Translations under genes and position numbers: made by a program
DNA from: Octopus sinensis
Taxonomy: Eukaryota
Length of the DNA stretch: 64,000 nt
NCBI RefSeq assembly: GCF_006345805.1
Contig: NC_043011.1
Location: 29,028,464-29,092,463 of the forward strand
Reading direction: 5' to 3'
The notes under the pieces: model-generated
The model's input: only the letters and a program-made list of their open reading frames with translations
Told to the model about the DNA's origin: nothing
Database searches by the model: none
Shown here: in pieces, positions 50,961 through 64,000 of the stretch
Position numbering within the stretch: position 1 is the stretch's first letter
How the letters are laid out: each line of letters opens with the position of its first letter

Positions 50961-52811
50961 CTGAAGAAGAAAAAATATTCCAAAAAAGATAAAGATATAG
51001 TTGTATCTTGAGTATAAACATAGAACTACCTAATTAATTTGTTGCTGTTATTGTTAAAAAAAAATCTATTGTAATATCTACAGCATTTTCTTACTTATTT
51101 CAGTCATTAGACTGCAGCTATGCTGGGGCACTGCCTTGATAGGTATGTACACCATGCAGGTTTCCCAAGCTGTCATCCATTTAAGAACTAACTAGGCTCA
51201 ACATTGCTTAACTTCAGTGATTGGATGAGAAATGGTGTTTACAATGTGATATGGCTGTAAGCATGTTGACTTTCTGAAATAGTCTTCTTACCGAGTAAAA
51301 ATACTTTGGTTCTCTACTCCAGAGGAAGACTGTATTCACAATATCAATTGCTGTATACCTGTACAGATAAAGTGAACACATTGACAACCAAGCTAAGAAA
51401 GGAGCATCTATACCAATGGGTTCCAACTGGGGTCCATGTGACCCCAGGAGGTCCACACAAACAAAATAGTAAGTTAGAGATCCACAGTAGTATATTAAAG
51501 GTTCACAAAAAGTTTTGATTTAGATATATTTTTTACAAGAAACAGCTAGGTTTCTTTCTCTACATTTTACACAATTCAACCTACACAAGTTAACACGTGA
51601 AAAACAGAATAGGAATTTTGAAAACAGTATCAATAAAACTAGTTTTTAAACATTGAACAGCTATGGAGGTCCACCAGAATACAACAGTAGTCAAAGGGGT
51701 CTACAGATAAAAAATGGTTGAGAACCACTGATCTATGTAGTTACAAATGGTTTAGTAATTATAGCCTTTAACATTCAGTTTCTGTGCTGGTGTGGGTTGG
51801 ATGGTTTGATAGGATCTAACAAGCCTTAAGACTTCTTCATGCTCGAAAGTCAACTTTGGTATGGTTTCTATGGCTCAATGCCCTTCCTAACACCAACCAC
51901 TTTGCAGTGGTTCAATAGGTGTATTTTTCTTCCTTTTTTTTTTTTGTGACGCTAACACTAGCGAAATCACCAAGTAACTTGCAAGACAAATGATAGAAAA
52001 AGAAAAGAGATAGGGGAAGATGGTTTTATGCCAGGTGTCGAAGGCTAAAGCATGACAGAAGGAAAAGCACAGGTGTCTTCATGTAGAAGAGATACATGGC
52101 TACTCCGCATTATATGAGGATGGGTGAAAGTTGCTGGAAGGAGGATAAAGATAGTGGCAACAAGATGTTAGAGAGGATACTTGAAAGATAAAAAGAATGT
52201 TATAAGAGAAATTAGAGACATGGATCAGGGGAGGGAATCATCATCATCATCAGTTAACACCTGTTTTCTACACTGACATTGGTTGAATGGTTTGACAAAA
52301 TCCCGTGAGCCACAGGGCTGCATTTTGTTCCATCTCAGCTTTGACATGGTTTCTACAACTGGATGCCCCTCCAAATGCCAACCAATTTGCAGTGTGTACT
52401 GGGTGCTTTTTTTCATGCTACCAACACTGGTTAGGTTGCCAAGTAACTTGCAAGACAAGAAAGGAAAAATGGAACAAAAGGAAAAGGCTCTCCCAATTAA
52501 GTAGTGGTAGTACTGTTACAGCTGCTAGTACTGGTGCTGGCAGGGATATTCAAGAAGGTAGAGGAGGTGATTTGTATGTCAGGTACAAGCAGAAGTGTCT
52601 TGCTATAGAGAAGAGACATGGCTAGCCTACATTTATATGAGGATGGGTGGCAGTACCTGGGAAAAGGTGAGATAGTATTGGTGGAGATGCAAGAGTAGAA
52701 GCAAGAGATGTTACACAGTGATTTCATAAGAGGAGAGTGACAGATGGTTAGAGATGGGAGTAGAAGTAGATGTAGTGAGTGATGAACAAGGGTTGAGGAG
52801 TATCGGTATAT

Positions 52812-53250
52812 AAAGGGTGCTGAGATGTTCCTGGCTTTAAGGGTTTCACAAAAATCCTGGTTGGAGGCCCAACCTTCTAAATTCTTTTACAGGGCTTAGA
52901 AAAACTGAAGGACTGCTACAATGTATGTGTGAATCAAAGGGGAATATGTTGTATAAAAATCATAATTAACTGATCCTCTAATATTTTCTCTTACCCAAAG
53001 CCAGGAACTTTTCAGCACACACACACACACACACACACACAAGGGGGTACTGAAAAAGTTCCTGGCTTTAATGGTATTGCAAAAGGCCTGGTTGGAAACC
53101 CAACCTTCGGAGTTCTTTTACAGGGCTTCGAAAAACTGAAGGACCATTACAATGAATGTGTGAATCGGAGGGGAATATGTTGTATAAAAATCATAATTAA
53201 CTGATCCTCTTGTATTTTCTTTTACCCAAAGCCAGAAACTTTTCACACAC
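52812..53250. mobile_element. Two tandem copies of a ~200-bp mariner-type MITE separated by (CA)n
   Basis: 52812-53017 and 53041-53250 are near-identical; each has inverted ends GGGTGCTGA.A.GTTCCTGGCTTT / AAAGCCAGGAACTTTTCAGCAC. Confidence 0.65.
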
Positions 53251-53531
53251 CTCTCGTAGAAGGGGTGAAGAAGGTTTCAGAGGCTCAGGAAAGAGGAGGT
53301 GACAAGGCGCGCACGCACGCACACACACACACACACGCACATGTATGTATGCATGCATATATGAATCTTCAGTTGTATCTTTTGCTGACATATATTGTTT
53401 GTGGGGATTAAGTATGGAAGAGTGGAGTGTCACTAATTAATTAATAATAATAATAATAATAATAATGATACAACAGAATAAATTACTGTAAACCAGATAA
53501 AAAAAAAACGAGAAAATATAAAATACTATAC

Positions 53532-53636
53532 CAGTTGAATAAGCAATGGGTTGACATCTATAAAAGCTTTGTTTACGAGAAGTAACTGTTCAGCACGATT
53601 ATTATCAATGATGTCTTCACTTCCATGTTTCTTTGC
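53532..53636 (-). CDS. ULK4: ULK4 coding exon
   Basis: ttgtag|GCA...CTG|gtatag; AKKHGSEDIIDNNRAEQLLLVNKAFIDVNPLLIQL (compare AQKSGSGEDPQAAEDLLLLNRPLTDLISLLIPL). Confidence 0.9.
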
Positions 53637-53716
53637 CTACAAAACAATAAGCAATACTTTTACTGGACATCACCTTCAAGAGTACAATAGACTACATTGA
53701 TCCCAATTATTATTAA

Positions 53717-54109
53717 CTAGCAGTATATCCCGGCGTTGCTCAGGTTTGTTTTCTTTTCGACGTTAGAATTGAATTTTTGAAAAGTAAAAATTTTGCATTA
53801 TGTAGCTTATTATTCTCTTTTAGTGAACATTTTTCTGGTTGAAATACATCGAAAAATGGCAACACAGCAGTCAAAAAATCGTAAAAAGTAGCGATTTTCA
53901 TAGAAAAAAAGCACTTTTTTGATGTAAATAATTTTTGGTCTTAACACGGTCCGATTTGAATTTTTTCTTCTATGGAATGAAGAACAAGCCTTCTTCTATC
54001 ATACTCTCAATTTTGGTCAACTTGCGCCGCAGGGTCTCGGAGGAGAAAGTGTTAGTTGAAGGCTACCAAACCTGCCACACACAGACAACTTCAGCTTTAT
54101 ATATAAAGA
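53717..54109 (-). mobile_element. Complete non-autonomous Helitron (393 bp) in a ULK4 intron
   Basis: A|TCTTTATATATAAAG...GCAACGCCGGGATATACTGCTAG|T; same termini as 41328-41703 but a different interior. Confidence 0.8.
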
Positions 54110-54585
54110 TTAGTAATTAATAACTTAATTAGTTACAGGTATGATTGTGTGGTTAAGAAGCTTGCTTCCCAACCATGTGATCTTGGGTTCAGTCCCACTG
54201 TGTGGTGTCTTGAGCAAGTGTCTTATACCAAAGTCTCGAGCAAGTGGATTTGAGAGATGGAAACTGAAAGAAGTCTGTTGTGTGTGTGTGTGTGTCTGTG
54301 GGTGTTGGTGTCTCCTTGCCTTGACATTGCATGATGATCGTAAGAGAGTATCAATGGCATGCTAGCATGAAAAAATGGATGTTAAATGATGATCATGGTA
54401 ATTATCTTACTGACGTCAGAAGGATGAGAGACAAAGCAAACCTGGACAGTATATGAATTGAGAATTTAAAGAGAAATAACCAAAACAAGATATTTTGTTC
54501 CATGCACCACCACCCATGAACTGCATATCCCAAAACATTACTTCTTCAAATAGCAAGCTAGAGTTACATATATATGTATGTATGT

Positions 54586-54891
54586 GATCACCGTGACCGA
54601 CCAGGCTATCGGATGTTGCTACACATCGCTGGTCACAATGTGCTTCGCATTGTTTTAGCCTTCAAATGATGCCACCCTGCTGGCTAAGCGAGCAGGCTGA
54701 CAGAAGAAAGAGTGAGAGACAGTTGTGGCGAAAGAGTACAGCAGGGATCACCACCACCACCCTGCCGGAGCCTCATGGAGCTTAAGGTGTTTTCGCTCAA
54801 TAAACACTCACAACGCCCGGTCTGGGAATCGAAACCGCGATCCTACGACCGCGAGTCCGCTGCCCTAACCAATGGGCCATTGCGCCTCCAC
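54586..54891 (-). mobile_element. tRNA-derived SINE (family C)
   Basis: Head GTGGAGGCGCAATGGCCC..TGGTTAGGG...GGTTTCGATTCCC, related to 60747. Confidence 0.8.
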
Positions 54892-56367
54892 ATGTATGTA
54901 TGTGTATGTATATATATATATAAATATAGACCCATGCTCGCATGAAAGGCAGACGTTAAACGACGATAATAAATATATATATAAAACAGGTAAAGATCTC
55001 GTTCAGTCATGAATGACCATAGGATTGCACCTAGAAAGTTGCCTTCTGATGCCCAAGTCCAGGCAAGGTTGTTTATGGAAGACCACCAGTCACCCATGCA
55101 TACCAGCATCCCCTCTCCAAACCACCAATGCTATCCAAAGGAAAGACAAAGGCCGATACAGCTTGGCATCAGTGACATTGCAACTCATTTCTACAGCTGA
55201 GTGAACATGATACAAAGTGTCTTGCCCAAGAACACAACACACAGTCCAGGAATCGAACTCACTACCTCATGATTGTGAGCCTGAAGCTCCAACCACTGAG
55301 CTGTGTGCCTTCACACACACACACATACATAGATTAGGGATAGATATTCTCTGTATAGAATATACTTCATAGTGCTCAAGAGATTTGAACTTGAGCAGAT
55401 AGAGGAGTAAATGCAAGGACAAACAAATTAGGCAAGATGATATACAAAAAATGTTAACTACATTTAATAGAAAAAAAATGTACATATGTTTACATAAAAA
55501 AGGTCCAACTTACACAGAGTAGAAATGATATCAAGAATTAAAGGGTTGAATAAGAGTTTTATGAGTCCAACACCTGTTTCTGGGGACTTGGTGGTCCAAA
55601 ATAATGACTGTAACTTAATTCCGTCATCAGTCAACACTTCAGATGTAAAATTCTTTCCTGAAGATGGAGGCTGGTAGTATCCAATGATGGAATCAAGTTA
55701 CAATCGTTATTTTGGACCACCAAGCCACCAGAAACAGGTGTTGGACTCGTAAAACTCTTATTCAATCCCTTTAATTCCTGATATCATTTATACTCTGTGT
55801 AAGTTGAACTTTTTTATATGCATATATGGCACATAAAAAGCACCATTCAAGCGTGATCATTACCAGCATCGCCTTACTGGCACTTATGCTGGTGGCACGT
55901 GAAAAAACATGCAAGCAAGGTCGTTGTCAGTGCTGCCGGACTGGCTCCTATACAGGTGGCACGTAAAAAACACCATTTGAGCATGGCCATTGCCAGCACC
56001 GCCTGACTGGCCCTCATGCCGGTGGCACATAAAAGCACCCACTACACTCTCGGAGTGGTTGGCGTTACGAAAGGACATCCAGCTGTAGAAATTCTGCCAG
56101 ATCAAGATTGGAGACTGGTGCACCCATCTGGTTCACCAGTCCTCAGTCAAATCGTCCAACCCATGCTAGCATGGAAAGCGGACGTTAAAGAATGATGATG
56201 ATGATATACATCTTTTGTATTAAATGTATATTGACTTACCTAACTTCTTTGTCCTTACATTTACTTTATATATATATATATATATATATAGTGTCTTCTA
56301 CTATAGCCTTGGGCCAACAAAAGCCTTGTGAGTGGATTTTGTAGATGGAAACTGAAAGAAGCCCATC

Positions 56368-56411
<44 letters not shown>

Positions 56412-57117
56412 TGTGTTTGTGTGTCTGTGTTTGTCTCCCCACCATCGCTTGACAACTGATGTTGGTGTGTTTACGTCTCCCTAACTTAGCAGTTTAGCAA
56501 AAGAGACTGATAGAATAAGTACTAGGCTTACAAAGAATAAGTTCTGGGGTCGATTTGTTCGACTAAAGGCCACAGTATGGCCAATCAAATGACTGAAACA
56601 AGCAAAAGAGAATATATATATATATATATATATATATAATAATATGAAATATTTTGGTATCCAGAAGACTCAAAAGGCAGGTAAGGCTATGTAAGTGCTA
56701 TGGAAGGTCCACTGTTGCCACTGTTAATCTCTCAGTTCAATAATAGCATGAGTGAGGAGTTTAAGGCAGGTTGCGTATGTGTGTTAAATAAAATAAGATA
56801 ACAAGGCCAAGGCAATTTGATATTCCTAGGACATTCATAAAATATCCTAGGAATATCAAATTGCCTTGGCCTTGTTATCTTATTTTCTTCAACATATATA
56901 CATACACACATACAGAGAGAGACTGTGTCAGTGTGTGGGTTACCACTCAGTTTCCATCAACCAAATTCACTCACAAGTGGTTGATCTGAGACTATAATAG
57001 AAGTAATTTGCCATTCACACAAGAAGAGATTGGGTCAGTGACTTTCTTTTGCACCCCATACACTTCCAGTGCAGTTTATTGAGCAATGAAACAATGAGAT
57101 GCCAAATTATTACTCAC

Positions 57118-57281
57118 CTGAATCACTTTCCTCACAACATCTGAGATATACTTCAAGTTGCCATGAAGTGTATCTAAGAGATCATGCAACATCTCCACTG
57201 AAACCTTGTAACTAGGGTTCCCTGGCTCCATACATGTAGGATTTAATTCAGATATTAATCCTATTAAGTGTCCAATCAAAC
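57118..57281 (-). CDS. ULK4: ULK4 coding exon
   Basis: tttag|GT TTG...CAG|gtgagt; GLIGHLIGLISE...LHDLLDTLHGNLKYISDVVRKVIQ (compare GLVSHICNLL..LFSLLDILHSMLTYTSGIVRLALQ). Confidence 0.92.
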
Positions 57282-58490
57282 CTAAAGGCAAAAGATTTTG
57301 AGACTTCAGAGTACATTATATAGCATTTGTATGCTTCTGCTTTTCTCAGTTCTGCATTTAAAATCACTGAAAAGTATTTAACATAACAAATGTTTCCCAT
57401 CCTACTATATATTGGTTGTTATTTAGTCTGAAATCAGACTAAATAACGATACTACCAGCCTCCATCTTCGGGGAAGAATTTTACATTTGAAGTGTTGACT
57501 GATGATGGAGTTAAGCTACAGTCATTATTTTGGACCACCAAGTCCCCAGAAACAGCTGTTGGACTCGGAAAACTCTTACTCAATCCCTTTAATTCCTGAT
57601 ATCATTTATACTCTGTGTAAGTCGAACTTTTTTTATATGCATACATAGGTACATTTTGGGACTTCAAAGTTATGAGAGAATGCATGATTAATGATATGAA
57701 AGCAGGCAATCTAGAAACAATTGGATAAAAATCTACAGATTCATCATTCCAAATATATCATCCCTCCTTCTAAGGCACACAATGGCTTGGGAATGAAATT
57801 TGCTTAGGGGGTACAAACAAGGTCTTATTGAAAAATAGCAAACTCTTATTGTTCTTTTTTTTTTTTTTTTTTGTCCCTTGAGAAGAAACCTAACTTCAAG
57901 CTAATTTTTACAGATCACTTTTTGCACAATGTTTTATAAAACCTGGCAAATGAGCAAAAGCATTTTAGCAATGGCCATCCCATCTTATATTTTGTATGTT
58001 TTTTTTTGCTTCTGGTAACATTTATCTAATTTTACAATATCAAATGTAGGCTTAAATATCATTTTTAAGACGGTCAAGAACGATTTAATCCTTTTTTACC
58101 GCATTTCTGTTGAAATAGATTGCATTTGTTCCAATTAATAAGAAAATGACAAAAACTTTAATGAAATAACTGTAATAATGAATTGATGTTTGGAACATAA
58201 ATTTACGTGAAATTTTGATGAAAGGTTTTAATTTAGAATACATTTGTATTAAAGGACTCAGGTGAGTTAGGGTAAAGGGAAACATGGCTGCTATTTTTAG
58301 TAGATGAAATGACCACATAACTGTTTATTTGTTTTAGCTTCTTGCTTTGTTAGCCATGCCTGTGCTCATGTATACACCTAATTAGTCCTAATTAATGCAG
58401 TAATGATAGAAACAGCACATTTATGTTCACTCAAATACAGAATAACAGCCAGTACTAAAACTGACTGATACCAGCCACATATTTACTTAC

Positions 58491-58596
58491 CTTGTTCATA
58501 CAAATCTGACATATTAGTCTCCTTATGTCCTACAATACATCGCAATATCTTGACAATAGTCTTCACAGCACTACTAACAGGGTTATGTTGGTGATC
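58491..58596 (-). CDS. ULK4: ULK4 coding exon
   Basis: tttcag|GAT...CAAG|gtaagt; DHQHNPVSSAVKTIVKILRCIVGHKETNMSDLYEQG (compare EHQESI..KDSNMELLYEQG). Confidence 0.92.
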
Positions 58597-59611
58597 CTGA
58601 AAACAAAAATAAAAGTAAGTCTTAATCCTTTAGCATTCAAACTGGTCATCTCCAGCTCACATATTCTACCTGTTTTATATTCAAATCATCTAGATCCAGA
58701 TTCTCACACCTTTCCTAAAAATGAATATTCACATCATTGGAACTTCAAAGTTATGAGAGAATGCATGATTAATTTAAAACAATATAAATAAATACACATA
58801 ATATTTGACAAAGTTATATGAATGCTAAGGGGTTAAAGTAATAAAGCTTGCACATGATCATAGTGAGACAAATGATGAAAATAATGGGGCTTTTTTGTTT
58901 TGCTTTGTTTGTTTGTTGTTTTAATTTAGACGCAAAACGAAATTTTGTAAAAGTAAGTTACAGTAGATTCAATCAACATTTAATATATTATTAGGCGCGG
59001 GCATGGCTGTGTGGTTAGGGAGCTTGCTTCCTAGCTATATGGTTTCAGGTTCAGTCCCACTGCGTGGCACTTTGGGCAGGTGTCTTCTGCTATAGCCCCG
59101 AGCCGACCGAAGCTTTGTGATTGAATTCGGCAGGTGGAAGTTACTGCTGTGTATGTATATGTGCATGTAGGTGCTTGTGCCTCTCCGAAAGAGAGAGGGA
59201 TTACTGAAATTTATTGTTTCTGGAAATATAAAAGGCAAAAATCAATGTAGAGAACTAAATATTGGAAAATACTTAGCCTGTTTATATTAGACACAAGGAG
59301 TGCCAATTTCGGAAAGAAAATAAAAACAGAATCACTAACCGGAATCAAACTCCATATCTCAGTGACATGAGTGGAGAGATATGAAGCAACACACAATAAT
59401 GTGGTTCTGATGCACTATGTCTGAGAAAAAGACTGGATGATCACAGGTGGAATGCTTTTGACCATAGGTCTGTTTGATCAACAACTGGGCTAAACACACT
59501 TTACCCCCCCCCCCCCACATATATATGTGTGCGTGTATATATATGTGTATATATATATATATATACATGTATGTATATACATATGTGTGTGTGTGTATAT
59601 GTGTGTATATA

Positions 59612-59673
<62 letters not shown>

Positions 59674-59700
59674 TGAATTAAGTATGAAATTGTTACTCAC

Positions 59701-59842
59701 AATCAAAACTTGAAAAATGACTGTAATTAGACAATGTTTTTCAATATATTTTATAAAACCAGGACTGTGGTCCAATAGAACACCAAATAGTTTGAGGGCA
59801 TAGCTTGGTAGAGGATCTTGATCAAGTAGGATCTGCTCACAT
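59701..59842 (-). CDS. ULK4: ULK4 coding exon
   Basis: ttgtag|A TGT...ATT|gtgagt; [47 protein letters not shown] (compare YEHILLEPDPVPAYALKLL). Confidence 0.93.
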
Positions 59843-60746
59843 CTACAAAAGAATGTAACAAATAATATTGCATTCTATAGACTAAATCAAATAAAATATA
59901 ACGTTTATCACTGTCATCATCAACCCAATCATCTCACATACGCTACACCCTCACCAACTGATGCGAGCACATACTTCAATAAGCCTTCATTCACCATTCA
60001 TCATTATCATTATCATCAGCATAATGTCCACATTTCCATGCTTGCATGGATCAAACAGAGTATACCAAGGCAGATTTTCTATGGCTGGATACCTTTCCTG
60101 TCACTAACCCTTGTTTTCTCCATGGCCAGGCATAGTTTTGCAGAACATTGAAAATGAATGACATCCACTTACAACAATCATGCAATATAAAGACAAGGAC
60201 ATAGAAACACACACACACATACATATATACAAACACACATGCACAAACACACACACACACAATGAGCTTTTTTAGTTTCTGTCTACAATTCCACTCACAA
60301 GGCTCTGATCAGCACAGGGCTATAGAAGACATTTGCCCAAAATGCTACTCAGTGGAACTATGTGGTTGGGAAACACAATCATGCCTAAGAAAATTAGTGG
60401 TGGTCTCAATCAGCAGAAATTATTCAATGAAATTCCTAAGTTTGGATAAGTTTGTACGCCATGGGGAGAAGAGAATATTGACTTTTTGCTTCTACTCTTT
60501 TATCTGGGAGTGAGGAAAAAAAAAGGTATGGTTCTATTTTTATAAGAAGTCATAACTAGTTAACCCATTAATTAGGGTGTCAGTTGATTCACCTACCAGT
60601 CTATTTGTAGACAGAGCAACATTCCATACTTGATCAAAGGTGCGAATCTGACCTTCAATGACCTAAACTAATCAAGTATTTAAGTACAAATTAAATATGT
60701 TATCTAATGGCGGGTGCTAGCGGCAGTGGTTTTGGCAGCAGCAGTA

Positions 60747-61112
60747 GTGGAGGCGCAATGGCCCAGTGGTTAGGGTAGCAGACTCACGGTCGGAGGATCG
60801 CGGTTTCGATTCCCAGATCGGGCGTTGCGTGTGTTTATTGAGCGAAAACAACCTAAAGCACCACGAGGCTCCGGCAGAAGGTGGTGGCAACCCCTGTTGT
60901 ACTCTTTTGCTCCAACTTTCTCTCATTCTTTCTTCCTGTTTCTTGTCCCTGACTTCCTACGTAACCGCTGAGCCTGGATGCGCATTCATCAATCCGTTGA
61001 TGCTCTCGGTGTTGGGGGGTTGACCTGCTTTCTCTTCTGCGGGTCTTACGAATAGCAAAGGACCACGTTTCGGACTTCTCCCACTAATGGGATGAAGACC
61101 GCTTCACTCAAC
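60747..61112 (+). mobile_element. tRNA-derived SINE (family C head) with (CAAA)n tail
   Basis: GTGGAGGCGCAATGGCCCAGTGGTTAGGG...GGTTTCGATTCCC, with A and B boxes. Confidence 0.8.
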
Positions 61113-61367
61113 AAAACAAACAAACAAACAAGCAGCAGCGGTAATGCCAGTAGAAGTGGTGGTGGAATTTATTTTGCAGTATGATCTTAACAACTAAGGA
61201 ATCCAGATCAATTGGTAAGACCTGCAACAGGATTCAAATAATGATCGTCTTCCTCTCATTCACACACAATCTCTTGGATTATAATACTTTATCCATCCAG
61301 AGTAAGATGACATTGCTACAACAATACAGTTAATTTGGAACTAATGGATTATTCTACTTGCACATAC

Positions 61368-61503
61368 TGGGGGAGAAGATAGTCATCAATCAAGCTGTGT
61401 AGCTTCTTAGTGAACTGTCCGTCTCTATGACTGTTCTGTTCTTGTCCAAGGTAAAATGATGCCAATTCAGCTACAAGCCAAAGGCATGACTCTCTTGTTG
61501 GGG
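61368..61503 (-). CDS. ULK4: ULK4 coding exon
   Basis: tttcag|CC CCA...CCC CA|gtatgt; PTRESCLWLVAELASFYLGQE...LHSLIDDYLLPQ (compare LLALIRDVLLPQ); phase 1 to 2. Confidence 0.9.
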
Positions 61504-61829
61504 CTGAAAGAGAAACAGAGATGATATATATTATTATATGAGAGAGAGAGAGAGAGAGAATTTTCATTTGATACAGTTATGGGGGCCTTTTCTGTTTTTC
61601 TTTGTCTTGTAAGTTACTAGTACCCACACCATGAGTAAAGGACCCACTTGGTGCTATGAAGGGCATCCAATCATAGAAACCATGCCAAAGTAGATATTGG
61701 GGCTCAACACAATCCTGCGATTTGTCAGATCCTGTCAAACCGTCCAACTCATGAATAATGATGATGGTGGTAGTGGTGGAGATGGAGGGGGTGATAATGG
61801 TGGGGGATGGTGATGACAGCCTTCTCTAA

Positions 61830-62940
61830 GTTGTAGTGTGCAAGAGAAAAGAGTGCACTGGTATGGTCATGTGATGCATATGGATGAGGACAGCTGCATA
61901 AAGAAGTACCGATCCCTAAATGTGGTGGGAATCTGTGGAAGAGGAAAACCCAGAAAGACATGGGATGAAGTGGTGAAACTGTAAATGCCATGTTCATGAT
62001 GCCTTTCTTATTGTTCAGTTCAAATAAATTTTACAAACTTTTTAGGTTTTCAAAAACATCAACAGTATCAAATTGATTCAATTATCTCATTCTACTATAC
62101 ACTTCCAATTGAATTTTTGCCTTTCTATCTTAGAAACCACTTGAAAATAAATGAAGAAATCAATCTCAAAGAAGGAACAAATGGGTAATAATTTCATACA
62201 CAAGACTTACATCATCATCATTATCATCATCATCATCATTGTATTAATGTTTACTTTTAGGGTTAGAGAAATTTCAGGAATGGATGCAAGGACTGAAATA
62301 CATAGACCTTATAGTTAATTTAGCAAATACCGAAGTATTAGTAAGCAGGAAAGCAGACAGGTTACAAATCCCTTCTGTGAAATGACCCTGTTCAATACGT
62401 AGAAAAGGTGTAGGTAGAAGTTCCTTTCAATGTACCCAGTGCAAGCTACGAACACATAAGAGGTGCCGTGGAATTGCAGGAAGATTAACTGACAAAGTAG
62501 TCTTTGTGTGTAGAAGATGTGCAGGTGGAATAAACACGAAGAATGTACAGGAAATAGATTTCCTCAAATGTCCAGGGGGGATCCTTGGAGATTGCAGATA
62601 GTTTTCATTATCAAGGTGACCAAATTAGCAGCAGTGGAGGCTGCTCTGGAAGAACAGTGCACATATATACGACAAAGTGTAAATGTTTGAAAGAGAAAAA
62701 CTGGGTGTAAGAGGCATCAGTTGTAGTGCGCAAGAGAGAAGATTCTGCTGCTATGGTCATGTGATGCTTATGGATGAGGACAGCTGCATAAAGAAGTGCT
62801 AATCTCTAAATGTGGAGAGACTCTGTGGAAAAGGAAGACCCAGGAAGATGTAGGATGAAGTGGTGAGAAATGATCTTCAGCTCACAGAGGAAATGACAAA
62901 GGACTGAGACAACTGGCAATATACTATGCTTGAGAAGACC
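61830..62940 (+). mobile_element. Degraded RTE-type LINE fragments
   Basis: VNLANTEVLVS, PCSIRRKGVG..QCTQC...HKRC and WYGHV..MDEDSCIKK...GRGRPRK.WDEVV remnants; the last segment is present twice. Confidence 0.65.
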
Positions 62941-63180
62941 CACACAGAAAAAAAAAAATCCATGTATACAACACCCTCCCTACCCCACAACCTACCCGTG
63001 CTCACCATCAGTTTCCCCCTCCCCTCTATTTTCCCTTGCATGGAAAACAGACATTAAATGATAATGATGATGATGACAATGACGATAACAAGGAGGAGGA
63101 GGCGGATTTCAATAATAAACTCTATAAGAAATAAAGTCTTTCCTACTGACGAATGCTAGATAAAAAATGTTAGAAAAAAA

Positions 63181-63396
63181 GGCGGCGAGCTGGCAGAGAC
63201 GTTAGCAGCCAGACGAAATGCTCAGCGGTATTTCGTTTGCCGTTACATTCTGAGTTCAAATTCCGCCGAGGTCGACTTTGCCTTTCATCCTTTCAGGGTC
63301 GATTAAATAAGTACCAGTTACGCACTGGGGTCGATGTAATTGACTTAATACGTTTGTCCCCTCTGTGTTTAGCCCCTTGTGGGTAGTAAAGAAATA
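63181..63396 (+). mobile_element. tRNA-derived SINE (family A)
   Basis: Matches 16408-16638; it sits 16 nt from the donor of the ULK4 exon. Confidence 0.88.
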
Positions 63397-63412
63397 GAAT
63401 ACTATAACCTAC

Positions 63413-63559
63413 TATCTTGGCATGCTGTAAGCTGTACAAGGGTCCGTAACCAAATTCCAGTGATGACATCATAATGCTGCTGTAGAAGAGATGAATGCTG
63501 GCTCATAGTATAAATAACAGAAACAATTTGGGTGACAAAATCTGTGGTGCTTCCAGGTC
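63413..63559 (-). CDS. ULK4: ULK4 coding exon (most 5' in this window; the gene continues beyond 64000)
   Basis: ctgacag|GA CCT...GAT A|gtaggt; GPGSTTDFVTQIVSVIYTMSQHSSLLQQHYDVITGIWLRTLVQLTACQD. All 10 exons join in frame to the stop at 46999. Confidence 0.85.
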
Positions 63560-63664
63560 CTGTCAGAGAGAAACAAAAGAACAAAAATTATATTCCCCAA
63601 CTAATATCAGAAATAACGACTGAGATTAACTAAGTCCAGTTCTTTCACCAATTAGACATCATGT

Positions 63665-63715
<51 letters not shown>

Positions 63716-64000
63716 CACACACATAACCATAAAGACACATGCATGTATATAAGCATGTGTGTGTGTGTATATACGTCTAAGGTGAGTGTGTATGTTTGGG
63801 CTTATCTCTGTGCACCTATGTTTACAACTTCCATAGACAAACTTCTAATATGGCACAGGAGTGGATGTGTGGTAAGTAGCTTGTTTACCAACCACATGGT
63901 TCCTGGTTCAGTCCCACTGTGTGGCACCTTGGGCAAGTGTCTTCTACTATAGCCTCGGGCCGACCAAAGCCTTGTGAGTGGATTTGGTAGATGGAAACTG

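Noticed and set aside
60747-60822. tRNA genes at SINE heads (also about 38460-38535 and 54815-54891)
   Set aside because: A and B boxes are present, but the acceptor stems do not pair and the sequence continues into SINE bodies.

Overview
This is AT-rich, intron-rich animal genomic DNA. The SINE, LINE and microsatellite repertoire suggests a coleoid cephalopod such as Octopus (inference). Two spliced protein genes lie on the minus strand. One is the last 10 coding exons of a ULK4 ortholog (63559 down to the stop at 46999); the other is the last two exons of a divergent YjeF_N/NAXE-like gene (10824 to 8661) whose 5' exons I could not find. Between them, on the plus strand, is a cluster of six full-length 163-nt U1 snRNA genes plus one 3' fragment (24695-43418). 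Five copies form an irregular tandem array that shares about 0.6-0.7 kb of upstream flank. All copies keep the canonical 5' splice-site-pairing end, the U1A loop and compensatory stems. However, they carry two non-consensus versions of the U1-70K loop and an atypical Sm site. The sixth, divergent copy appears cut off from its putative PSE by a Tx1-clade LINE inserted about 10 bp upstream of +1. The rest is decayed transposons (Helitron, Tx1, Penelope, RTE, CR1, Merlin and its MITEs, pogo/Tigger, Tc1/mariner, tRNA-derived SINEs). There is also a 1.7-kb 22-bp minisatellite that seems to have grown out of a transposase coding sequence, and several long hairpins. All homology calls are by eye from motifs; no database searches were run.
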